A DNA stretch of 14,354 bases from Candidatus Hermodarchaeota archaeon. GTDB lineage: Archaea > Asgardarchaeota > Thorarchaeia > Thorarchaeales > Thorarchaeaceae. A program made the translations under genes and the position numbers. This document shows, piece by piece, positions 7,791 to 14,354 of the stretch. The stretch spans positions 1-14,354 of the forward strand of contig JBHLLF010000058.1 in NCBI GenBank assembly GCA_048885865.1, read 5' to 3'. Position 1 is the stretch's first letter, and every line of letters begins with the position of its first letter. The notes beneath the pieces were generated by a model. It was not told where the DNA came from, ran no database searches, and was given only the letters and a program-made list of their open reading frames with translations.

Positions 7791-8311
7791 CTTCGCATCG
7801 CGAGTATGAAATAGATAGCTGAAATGGCCATCACTATTGCTATGATGGAGATATTGCTAAACCCATTCGGGTCGCCCGTAGCTTCGAAGTTCAGGTACTT
7901 CAGCACTACATTTACAAAAGCCCAGATTATGAAAAAGATGCCAGAAACTGTAGCATAGATTCCAATCTTATCCCGGGTCAGATAGAATGAATATCCTATC
8001 AAGAATGCGAAAATAGCACCTAGTATCCAGTTGATTACATTCACACCTAAGATGCCGAATAATATAGTTCCGACGATTTGGTATATAAATGACCAAAGCG
8101 TTGCTAGAACTGCTATGTAACTTCCATAGGTGCGATAAATCCCTAAGAGGGCTATACCTATGAGTACAAATCCGCCTCCCATAAGCAGCCGATCTATCCC
8201 ACCAGGCACGACCTCACCAAAGAAAATGTAGTATATCCCGTTTATGAAACCCATGATGCTTCCTATAACGCCCAGAAGATAGAGAACATTGTTGGTTGAG
8301 TCTTTACTCAT
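7778..8311 (-). CDS. Hypothetical membrane protein (about 6 TM helices)
   Basis: Hydrophobic ORF with about six TM segments. ATG 8311 is 7 nt after SD GAGGTGA (8319-8325, minus strand); the ORF track starts at TTG 8317. Confidence 0.8.
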   Translation of the reverse strand: MSKDSTNNVLYLLGVIGSIMGFINGIYYIFFGEVVPGGIDRLLMGGGFVLIGIALLGIYRTYGSYIAVLATLWSFIYQIVGTILFGILGVNVINWILGAIFAFLIGYSFYLTRDKIGIYATVSGIFFIIWAFVNVVLKYLNFEATGDPNGFSNISIIAIVMAISAIYFILAMRSDES

Positions 8312-8394
8312 TTTCAATTCACCTCAAGATGGGAATCACTCGATAGAAACATGCAATTCACAGGAAGTCTAAATTGCATTAATCAATCTCCTCC

Positions 8395-8437
8395 TATAAC
8401 GCCGTTATACTTCTCAACTTGTATATAAATTGTTTGA
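8395..8437 (-). promoter_or_regulatory. Promoter (BRE + TATA) with palindromic operator TATAACGCCGTTATA
   Basis: On the minus strand, TCAAACAA-TTTATATA (8437-8422) is followed by the 15-bp palindrome at 8395-8409. The architecture matches 7645-7685. Confidence 0.78.
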
Positions 8438-8508
8438 CCAATCAAGAAGTAGATGCAGTATGTGGATAGGATTAATAATAGGGCTTCATCTCCCAATTCC
8501 AGATTCAC

Positions 8509-9129
8509 ATGGAGTTTGAAATGATGAATGAGAGCGAAGAGTTTCTAGATGAGAAACAGAAGAGATTCCTAAAGAGACACTGGAAAATGACGATCGTATT
8601 TGCCGTGATCTTTGCTGCTGCTGTGGCCGTAGCAATTCTGGTATTTCTTTGGTTCATAGATACGGCACAAACATCAGGACTCGTGCCATCTATGCTTGGA
8701 GAATTCACCATTGGTTACCTTATCACGTTCATTTTGCATATGATATTCTGGGAGCTTGCCCTAGTGGCGAGCTGGGTAATTGTTGCAGTTGCAGCAATAT
8801 ACTTCCTATGGTACAAACAGCTTCCGGAGGAAGAACAGGACATAACACGAGGAGAGCGCGGCAGGCGTGAAGAAGGTGATGCCTTCGGATTTCTCGTTGC
8901 AGTGTTTTGGCTAATCATTACATGGATAGAAGGCAGGTGGGACCTTGCCTTTGAAGCTTGGACATTAGATGTCTGGGTCTATTCATGGATATCTGCATTT
9001 CTCTGGGTCTTGTTGATCTTTGGCATTCCCATTGCAGTATACTTCTTCTGGTGGGTAGGTCAAGAGATGAGGGGAGAAGGAGTATCCTCAGGTGAAACTG
9101 CAGAGGAAGTTGCAGACGAACCAGAATAA
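8509..9129 (+). CDS. Hypothetical Trp-rich membrane protein (about 4 TM helices, acidic termini)
   Basis: 206-aa ORF with hydrophobic segments, many Trp residues and a charged loop (LPEEEQ...RGRREEG). AT-rich TTAATAAT at 8472-8479 lies upstream. Confidence 0.8.
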   Translation: MEFEMMNESEEFLDEKQKRFLKRHWKMTIVFAVIFAAAVAVAILVFLWFIDTAQTSGLVPSMLGEFTIGYLITFILHMIFWELALVASWVIVAVAAIYFLWYKQLPEEEQDITRGERGRREEGDAFGFLVAVFWLIITWIEGRWDLAFEAWTLDVWVYSWISAFLWVLLIFGIPIAVYFFWWVGQEMRGEGVSSGETAEEVADEPE

Positions 9130-9130
9130 G

Positions 9131-9211
9131 TGACTGGCCCAACAGATTAATGGGCCTAGTCATTCATCTAAGCCACAAGTAATCCGGTTTGTCCGCGGCA
9201 TGCCGCGGGCA
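9131..9211. other. Two intergenic hairpins (possible terminator or leader structure)
   Basis: TGACT-GGCCCA/TGGGCC-T-AGTCA stem (9131-9162) and perfect 16-bp palindrome CCGCGGCATGCCGCGG (9193-9208). Confidence 0.6.
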
Positions 9212-9240
9212 TTCTCGGAAATAGAGTAGATGTGCGATTT

Positions 9241-9705
9241 ATGAAATCGTTACTCGTCTTGATTTCAATTCATCACAAGAACACTGAGAAGATAGCGAAT
9301 GTCTTTGCTAGAGTTCTTGATGCACAAATCATAGCGCCTCGGCAATTCGACCCAGGAGCGGTTCATGATTATGATTTGATAGGCTTTGGCTCAGGGATCT
9401 ATGATGAGAAGCATCATCGAGCCCTTCTTGAGCTCGCTGAGAATCTACCGCAGGTTGCCGATAGGAAGGCATTCCTCTATTCAACCAGTGGAGTCGCAAC
9501 CGGCTCTGAAAGATTTCATGCTCCTCTTAGAAACAAGCTGCAATCTAAAGGATTCAAAATAGTCGCGGAATTCAACTGCAATGGTTTCAACACAAACAGT
9601 TTCCTTGGGTTTTTCGGAGGAATGAACAAAGGCCGACCCAATACTGAAGACCTTAGGAGAGCAGAGGAATTCGCCCAGAACCTGCTGAAGGAGATTCCAA
9701 AGTGA
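9241..9705 (+). CDS. Flavodoxin family protein
   Basis: FMN phosphate-loop SIHHKNTEKIA, YDLIGFGSGIY, YSTSG, EFNCNGF and NKGRPN.EDL...F. Start may be GTG 9232 or ATG 9241. Confidence 0.9.
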   Translation: MKSLLVLISIHHKNTEKIANVFARVLDAQIIAPRQFDPGAVHDYDLIGFGSGIYDEKHHRALLELAENLPQVADRKAFLYSTSGVATGSERFHAPLRNKLQSKGFKIVAEFNCNGFNTNSFLGFFGGMNKGRPNTEDLRRAEEFAQNLLKEIPK

Positions 9706-9715
9706 ACTTGAGGCT

Positions 9716-10822
9716 GTGGACGATTTGACGGAATACGCGTACGAGATTGGACCCATAAGACCTCCAAGTGAAGCCCCTAGTCTTCTTCTTCGAGTCACTC
9801 GTAATTGCCAGTGGAACAGGTGTCAATTCTGCCCTGTATACAAGGATGCCGAATTCTCAGTTCGTGAGATCGAGCACATTCTGCAAGACATCGATTATGT
9901 TCACGAATATACGGACTTCTTGCTGAATCCAAGAGGTGGCTTTCAGATTGAGGAGCCCCTTGCCTATGATGCTGCTATGCGATGGACGAGCTTTGGAATG
10001 AAATCAGTGTTTCTTCAAGATGCTGATGCATTGGTTATCGGGTCTCAGAATCTTGAAAGGATTCTTAATCATTTGATGGCAAGCTTCCCCGATATCGAGA
10101 GGATCACATCCTATTCTCGTTCATCAACAATAAACAAGATGAGCGTGGAAGACTTGACCATTTTGAGGGAGGCTGGGCTGACACGGATCCATGTGGGACT
10201 TGAGTCTGGCTCTAATAATGTTCTCAAGATGGTGAGGAAGGGAGCATCAAAGGCAATTCATATACGGGCCGGACTTAAGGTGAAAGAAGCAGGAATGGAA
10301 CTGTCCGAGTACTTCATGCCTGGTCTAGGTGGCCGCAGTCTTTCGAATGACCATGCAGTTGAATCTGCCGATGCTTTGAATCAGATTGATCCCGACTTTA
10401 TTCGCTTGCGTCCACTTGCATTTCCAATCAGAGCTCCTCTCTATGAACTCATGATGTCGGGGCAGTTTGACAGGTGTAATGATGTCGATGTAGTTCATGA
10501 ACTTCATACATTCATTGACAATTTAGAGGGGGTTTCAAGCTATCTGGTCAGTGACCATATCCTGAATTTGTTTGCTGACCTCAAAGGACAACTCCCTGAA
10601 TCAAAGACTCTTCTACTGTCAATGTTAGAACGGTTTCTCAGCCTGGATGAAGAAGAGCAAATGCTGTATCGGTTTGGTCGACGACTCGGTGCTTTCACAA
10701 GCCTGGATGATTTGCATGATGCTCCCAGAAGAAAACGAGTCAGAGAAATCATGTCAGAAAACAATGTCAACAAAGAGAATATCAATAATCTAATTGACCA
10801 GATGATGCGACGCTTCATGTGA
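9716..10822 (+). CDS. Radical SAM protein (IRPPSEA...C-x4-C-x2-C type)
   Basis: GPIRPPSEAPSLLLRVTRNCQWNRCQFC cluster motif, FLQDADAL, RIHVGLESG, YFMPGLGG and SDHILN. GTG start follows GAGG 9710-9713. Confidence 0.92.
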   Translation: MDDLTEYAYEIGPIRPPSEAPSLLLRVTRNCQWNRCQFCPVYKDAEFSVREIEHILQDIDYVHEYTDFLLNPRGGFQIEEPLAYDAAMRWTSFGMKSVFLQDADALVIGSQNLERILNHLMASFPDIERITSYSRSSTINKMSVEDLTILREAGLTRIHVGLESGSNNVLKMVRKGASKAIHIRAGLKVKEAGMELSEYFMPGLGGRSLSNDHAVESADALNQIDPDFIRLRPLAFPIRAPLYELMMSGQFDRCNDVDVVHELHTFIDNLEGVSSYLVSDHILNLFADLKGQLPESKTLLLSMLERFLSLDEEEQMLYRFGRRLGAFTSLDDLHDAPRRKRVREIMSENNVNKENINNLIDQMMRRFM

Positions 10823-10890
10823 GACCCTCCTTTTGAAAAACAGATATAACAGAGGCAGAATGGTTCACAAAACCTAGGATGATGACCCAG

Positions 10891-11805
10891 ATGAAAGCTG
10901 CAGTATACGACAAGTTCGGACCCCCAGAAGTGGTTGAGATTAGAGATGTGCCAAAGCCAGTTCCAAAGGACAATGAGGCTCTGGTTAGAATTCATGCCAC
11001 TACCCTATCAAGAGGGGATTCGAGAATGCGAGGTCTCGATTTACCAGGAGGTGCGGCCACTCGGGTCTTAGCGAGATTATTCTTGGGCATTAGAGGACCA
11101 AGAAAGAAGATCCTCGGGATGCAGCTTGCTGGCCAAATAGAGGCAGTTGGCAATAGTGTGACGAAATTCAAGGCCGGGGATGAAGTATTTGCCTCAACAT
11201 ATCCAACCGGGTTGGGCGGTCATGCAGAGTATAAAGCTCTGCCAGAGGACACAATAATCGCTTTGAAACCATCTAACATGTCTTACAATGAGGCTGCAAC
11301 TTTTCCCATTCCTGGGATGGGAGCATTTAACGTTCTCAAGAGAGCCAACATCCAGCCAAGTCAGAAAGTGCTTGTTTATGGTGCATCTGGGGCAGTAGGT
11401 ACAAACGCCATTCAGCTTTCAAAATATTGGGGAGCAGATGCAACAGGAGTCTGCAGTGAATCCAATTTCGAGATGGTGAGGTCACTAGGGGCTGACAACT
11501 TGATAGACTACAGGACTACTGACTTCACTCAGACTGGTGAGAAATATGATGTGATTTTTGACGCAGTTGGCAAGATTTCCTCTTCAGGTAGTGAAGCTGC
11601 TATGAAAGAGAATGGAATATTCCTCAGCATAGGAAGCCAAGGCAAGGAAAAAACCGAGGAATTGATTGAGCTTAAGGAGATTATTGAAGAGGGGAAGCTC
11701 AAATCAGTCATTGATAGAACTTACCCTTTGGAGGAAATTGTCGAGGCATATAGATATGTAGACACCGGGAGAAAGAAGGGCAACGTTGTCATCACGCTGG
11801 ATTAG
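10891..11805 (+). CDS. NAD(P)-dependent MDR-superfamily oxidoreductase (Zn-independent, quinone oxidoreductase-like)
   Basis: MKAAVYDKFGPPEV, PKDNEALVRIHA, Rossmann motif VLVYGASGAVG, YDVIFDAVG and VIDRTYPLEEIVEAYRYVDTGRKKGNVVI. Catalytic and structural Zn Cys/His ligands are absent. Alternative starts are 10879 and 10882. Confidence 0.93.
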   Translation: MKAAVYDKFGPPEVVEIRDVPKPVPKDNEALVRIHATTLSRGDSRMRGLDLPGGAATRVLARLFLGIRGPRKKILGMQLAGQIEAVGNSVTKFKAGDEVFASTYPTGLGGHAEYKALPEDTIIALKPSNMSYNEAATFPIPGMGAFNVLKRANIQPSQKVLVYGASGAVGTNAIQLSKYWGADATGVCSESNFEMVRSLGADNLIDYRTTDFTQTGEKYDVIFDAVGKISSSGSEAAMKENGIFLSIGSQGKEKTEELIELKEIIEEGKLKSVIDRTYPLEEIVEAYRYVDTGRKKGNVVITLD

Positions 11806-11836
11806 GTGTTTAGCAAGGAAGAAATCAGTCATAATA

Positions 11837-12046
11837 ATGCAGTCAGCATACAATTTCGCGTATATCGCTCAAGCGACTCCTCCTATTGTAATGGTGACAG
11901 CATTCAATGTGCTTCTCTACTTGGGGATAGACCTTGGAATGGCTGTAAATCTATTCTTTGTTCGTCCAATAATTGGGAATGAATTCTTCATTGCATTTTG
12001 GTTGATGATTAAGGGAGTCGATACTTCTTCTATCATTCAATCATGA
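11837..12046 (+). pseudogene. C-terminal remnant of a DUF4386-family membrane protein gene
   Basis: The ending LGIDLGMAVNLFFVRPIIGNEFFIAFWLMIKGVD resembles the DUF4386 C-terminus (P...E...A.WLI.KG). It is only about 70 codons, lacks a convincing SD, and its 5' boundary is uncertain. Confidence 0.6.
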
Positions 12047-12072
12047 AATGACATGGCAGATTGCCGGTGAAA

Positions 12073-12117
12073 GCCCCCATATATCTGGGGGCATTCCTCT
12101 TTCTTTTTTTTATTTCT
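12073..12117 (+). terminator. Hairpin + pyrimidine/U-tract terminator between convergent genes
   Basis: GCCCCCA-TATATC-TGGGGGC (12073-12092) followed by TTCCTCTTTCTTTTTTTTATTTC. Confidence 0.75.
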
Positions 12118-12122
12118 CAGAA

Positions 12123-12509
12123 CTAATCTTCCTGAATGGTCCAGTTCCATGCATACCATACAATTAGCGCACAGAAGACAACATAACCAATTCCCATTAT
12201 GTTTTCATAAAGAGGCCTAGGTATAATGAATCCGACACCATCGATAACTATGAAGGCAATTGCAACGATGATGTTACCCCAGCGATTCGCTTTGTACGGC
12301 AGCTTCAGAGAGAGAAACACCATGAAGATTGGAAGCAACATCAGTGCAGCCATAGCCGCCAGGATCTCTTCAGTCATAGGTACAGCTGTTGTTCCAGCTA
12401 TAATATCCTCCAACATGTTAGGGTCCATAATTCGGATGACATCTCCTTGAATGCCAGTTAGCATCCGAGCGACCCATAGTAGTGAGAGCGTCTTCTTCAT
12501 ATCCTCCAA
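12123..12509 (-). CDS. DUF6326-family membrane protein (paralogue 1)
   Basis: K.LS.LW..M....GDV....P..LE.I..G, LPIFMVFLSL.LP.KANRW.NI and IVWYAW.W. TTG start follows SD GAAGGTGA. Aligns by eye with 13592..14008. Confidence 0.8.
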   Translation of the reverse strand: MEDMKKTLSLLWVARMLTGIQGDVIRIMDPNMLEDIIAGTTAVPMTEEILAAMAALMLLPIFMVFLSLKLPYKANRWGNIIVAIAFIVIDGVGFIIPRPLYENIMGIGYVVFCALIVWYAWNWTIQED

Positions 12510-12670
12510 TTTTAGCTCACCTTCAAGCTATTGACGAATATCGGCTATATAGTGGTTATGTCTGGCATCATGATAATGAGTCTTGGCAAGGATTTTCGCG
12601 AGTTTCTTGGAGTAGCATAATCGATTTAGTTTGGAGCGATCTTGCTCAGCAGTCTGATCCTTGATACAAC

Positions 12671-13423
12671 TCACGGCTTTCGCAGAAATGACGCGACAAG
12701 CTTCATGATATTTTCATCAATAGTTGTATTATCAAGTCCTATCCTCTCTAGAGTTGATTCTCGTAGTTTCATTTCATCTTCAATGCCCATTAATAACATG
12801 TACAAGAATTCAACAATCTGATCAGCGTTAAGGTCATTTGTTATCGTTCCATCTGCTTTTCCCTTTTTGACTGCATTGATCCATAGAACAGAATTTCTTT
12901 CTAGTCTAATATAGAACTCGATCAAGTAAGGTTCTTCAGAGTTCTCAAGCAATGCCTCATATTGTGGAGTTCTCAAGCCATATTTCGCATCGCTAAGCTG
13001 AGCTTTCTTAATTTTACCATGCAATTCGTTCAGTGATATATTGTGATACTGTATGCGTTTAAAGAATTCTTGAAATATTGCATGTGTCAGAGGATTGTGT
13101 TCATCTGCAGAAAAGGAAATTTTGCAGAGCTGTATGACCTGTTCAAATCCAGATAAATCATCAGAATAATTCTCTTCATATCGATTGATCAAGTCTTCAA
13201 TATTCTCGATACCAAGTCCGAAGAAAATGGCATCCTTATTTTGAAAGTAATTATAGAGCGTAGTTCTGCTCACAAATGCAGCTTCCGCGATTTCTTCTAG
13301 ACTGACTTCGTTCATCGGCTTTTTCGAGAAGAATTCTTCTGCAGCTGCTAGAATTGCTTGTCTCGTCTTCTCCTTTTTTCTTACTCGGAGTTTCTTTTTC
13401 CTTGGTGTCTTATCTGACGTCAT
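12671..13423 (-). CDS. TetR/AcrR family transcriptional regulator
   Basis: N-terminal HTH TRQAILAAAEEFF..K....VSLEEIAEAAFVSRTTLYNYFQNKDAIF; C-terminal ligand domain with G.ADGTI..DL. Confidence 0.95.
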   Translation of the reverse strand: MTSDKTPRKKKLRVRKKEKTRQAILAAAEEFFSKKPMNEVSLEEIAEAAFVSRTTLYNYFQNKDAIFFGLGIENIEDLINRYEENYSDDLSGFEQVIQLCKISFSADEHNPLTHAIFQEFFKRIQYHNISLNELHGKIKKAQLSDAKYGLRTPQYEALLENSEEPYLIEFYIRLERNSVLWINAVKKGKADGTITNDLNADQIVEFLYMLLMGIEDEMKLRESTLERIGLDNTTIDENIMKLVASFLRKP

Positions 13424-13448
13424 TTCACTGAGTTACTTGTTGTCATAG

Positions 13449-13463
13449 CTTATAAATTTTTAC
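13449..13463 (-). promoter_or_regulatory. BRE + TATA promoter of tetR (leaderless)
   Basis: Minus strand GTAAAAA-TTTATAAG; the TATA box ends about 25 nt before ATG 13423. Confidence 0.7.
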
Positions 13464-13467
13464 ATCG

Positions 13468-13480
13468 ATAACAATGTTAT
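13468..13480. promoter_or_regulatory. Palindromic site ATAACAATGTTAT between the divergent promoters
   Basis: Perfect 6-1-6 palindrome with the same ATAAC-N3-GTTAT(A) frame as the sites at 7645 and 8396. Confidence 0.6.
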
Positions 13481-13506
13481 ATTATAGATATAAAGTTGAA
13501 CTCAGT

Positions 13507-13542
13507 GTAAAGATTTATATACAATGTCGTATAATATTATAC
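13507..13542 (+). promoter_or_regulatory. BRE + TATA promoter of the DUF6326-DUF4386 unit with downstream palindrome
   Basis: GTAAAGA-TTTATATA (13507-13521), then the perfect 14-bp palindrome GTATAATATTATAC (13529-13542) just before the expected start site. Confidence 0.7.
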
Positions 13543-13543
13543 T

Positions 13544-13572
13544 CGTTCACATCTGCGAAAGTAGATGGAGCG
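13544..13572 (+). other. 5'-leader RNA hairpin with GAAA tetraloop
   Basis: CGUUC-A-CAUCUGC-GAAA-GUAGAUG-GAGCG: 12 pairs including 2 G-U, one bulge and a GNRA loop. It precedes SD GGAG at 13579-13582. Confidence 0.6.
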
Positions 13573-13591
13573 TGCAAAGGAGTAACAAAAA

Positions 13592-14008
13592 ATGAAATCA
13601 AATACTCTCGAAGATTTGAAAATCAATGTAAAGATCAAACTCTCTGCCTTATGGATAACTCTGATGTTTGCTTATTCATACGCAGATGTTTTGGGTTTTT
13701 ATTCACCTGGGAACTTGGCTGAAATTCTAACAGGTGAAATTGCAGGTGTACCATTGACTCAGGAGATGCTGTTTGCAATGGCAATAATGATGGCACTTCC
13801 GATTCTCATGGTAATCCTCTCCCTGTTGTTGATGCCCAAAGTGAATCGTCCACTTAACATCGTTATCGGAATTTTCCAGATTGTCATACTATTTGCAACA
13901 TTTCTGAACACAATTACAGCCTATTACATTGTACTTGCTGGTATAGAATTCGTTTGCTTAGTTATGATAATCTGGTTCGCATTCAAATGGCCCGTACAGG
14001 GCAACTAA
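13592..14008 (+). CDS. DUF6326-family membrane protein (paralogue 2)
   Basis: LEDLKINVKIKLSALWITLMFAYSYADVLGFYSPG, LPILMVILSLLL.PKVNRPLNI and IIWFAFKWP are motifs I recognise as DUF6326. Confidence 0.88.
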   Translation: MKSNTLEDLKINVKIKLSALWITLMFAYSYADVLGFYSPGNLAEILTGEIAGVPLTQEMLFAMAIMMALPILMVILSLLLMPKVNRPLNIVIGIFQIVILFATFLNTITAYYIVLAGIEFVCLVMIIWFAFKWPVQGN

Positions 14009-14039
14009 AAATGAAATATATTTCATATGAGGTGTTCAA

Positions 14040-14354
14040 ATGAGTAAAACCGAATCATACAAACTTAATGCACAAGTTGCAGGATTAATGTGGCTACTAG
14101 CAATAGTAGTGGGAATATTGGGCGCCGTCTTTCTAGGCGATTATCAACAAGTGGAAACAAATGTAGCATTCTTCTCTCAGAATGAGACAGGTATTCTAAT
14201 TGGTTCACTACTATTCTTCTCTATGGCTCTCTTCACTGCCAACATTGCGATATTTCTGTATCCAGTTCTCAAGAAGTATAATGAGTCAATGGCTCTGTCT
14301 GCTGTAGGTCTTCGTCTGATAGAAACCGCTCTCTTTAGTGTTGGTTCCCTATTG
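14040..14354 (+). CDS. DUF4386-family membrane protein, 3'-truncated by the window edge
   Basis: Absent from the ORF track. ATG 14040 follows SD GAGGTG (14029-14034) and the frame is open to the end: MSKTESYKLNAQVAGLMWLLAIVVGILG...ANIAIFLYPVLKKYNESMALSAVGLRLIE. LYPVLKK.NE..AL....R.IE is the DUF4386 signature. Confidence 0.85.
   Translation, partial: MSKTESYKLNAQVAGLMWLLAIVVGILGAVFLGDYQQVETNVAFFSQNETGILIGSLLFFSMALFTANIAIFLYPVLKKYNESMALSAVGLRLIETALFSVGSLL

Noticed and set aside
7645-8409. Repeated palindrome considered as a CRISPR repeat or transposon end
   Set aside because: Only two full 14-bp copies about 750 bp apart, no spacer periodicity, no cas or transposase gene. The position relative to TATA boxes favours an operator.
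8505-11711. Alternative-frame ORFs (8505..8711, 8649..8870, 8715..8918, 8918..9163, 9481..9798, 9516..9767, 10325..10507, 10540..10995, 11529..11711)
   Set aside because: All overlap better-supported CDSs and lack motifs or start signals.
11701-11832. 11-bp direct repeat AAATCAGTCAT (inside the MDR gene 3' end and just after its stop)
   Set aside because: Could mark a rearrangement near the DUF4386 remnant, but it is short enough to be chance and has no further support.
12587-12663. 7-bp inverted repeat CAAGGAT/ATCCTTG and a small GAGC..GCTC stem downstream of tetR
   Set aside because: Too short and too widely spaced to distinguish from chance.
12226-13722. ORFs 12226..12450 (+), 12482..12664 (+), 13474..13722 (+)
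   Set aside because: They overlap DUF6326 genes or promoter elements and have no protein-like features.

Overview
Gene-dense 14.4-kb fragment with archaeal expression signals (TATA/BRE boxes, GAGGTGA/GGAGG Shine-Dalgarno sites, several apparently leaderless genes). The gene content, including a stand-alone 23-residue-repeat LRR protein, suggests an Asgard archaeon, perhaps Thorarchaeia; this assignment is inference only. The left part carries the 3' end of a YtcJ-like amidohydrolase, mutL, a GT8-like protein with degenerate catalytic motifs, the LRR protein and a DUF438/hemerythrin/PAS_10 protein. An unannotated, decayed C-terminal remnant of a FabH-like ketosynthase gene precedes a MaoC dehydratase and an enoyl-CoA hydratase. 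The middle has two small membrane-protein genes that share a palindromic operator over their predicted transcription starts, a divergent membrane protein, and a flavodoxin plus radical SAM pair. The right part is a TetR-centred module of unknown function: MDR oxidoreductase, DUF4386 remnant, two DUF6326 paralogues and a DUF4386 gene running off the edge. It has mirror-image divergent promoters, palindromic operators and a GNRA-capped leader hairpin. No rRNA, tRNA, CRISPR array or transposase was recognised. All family assignments come from motif recognition by eye, not database searches.
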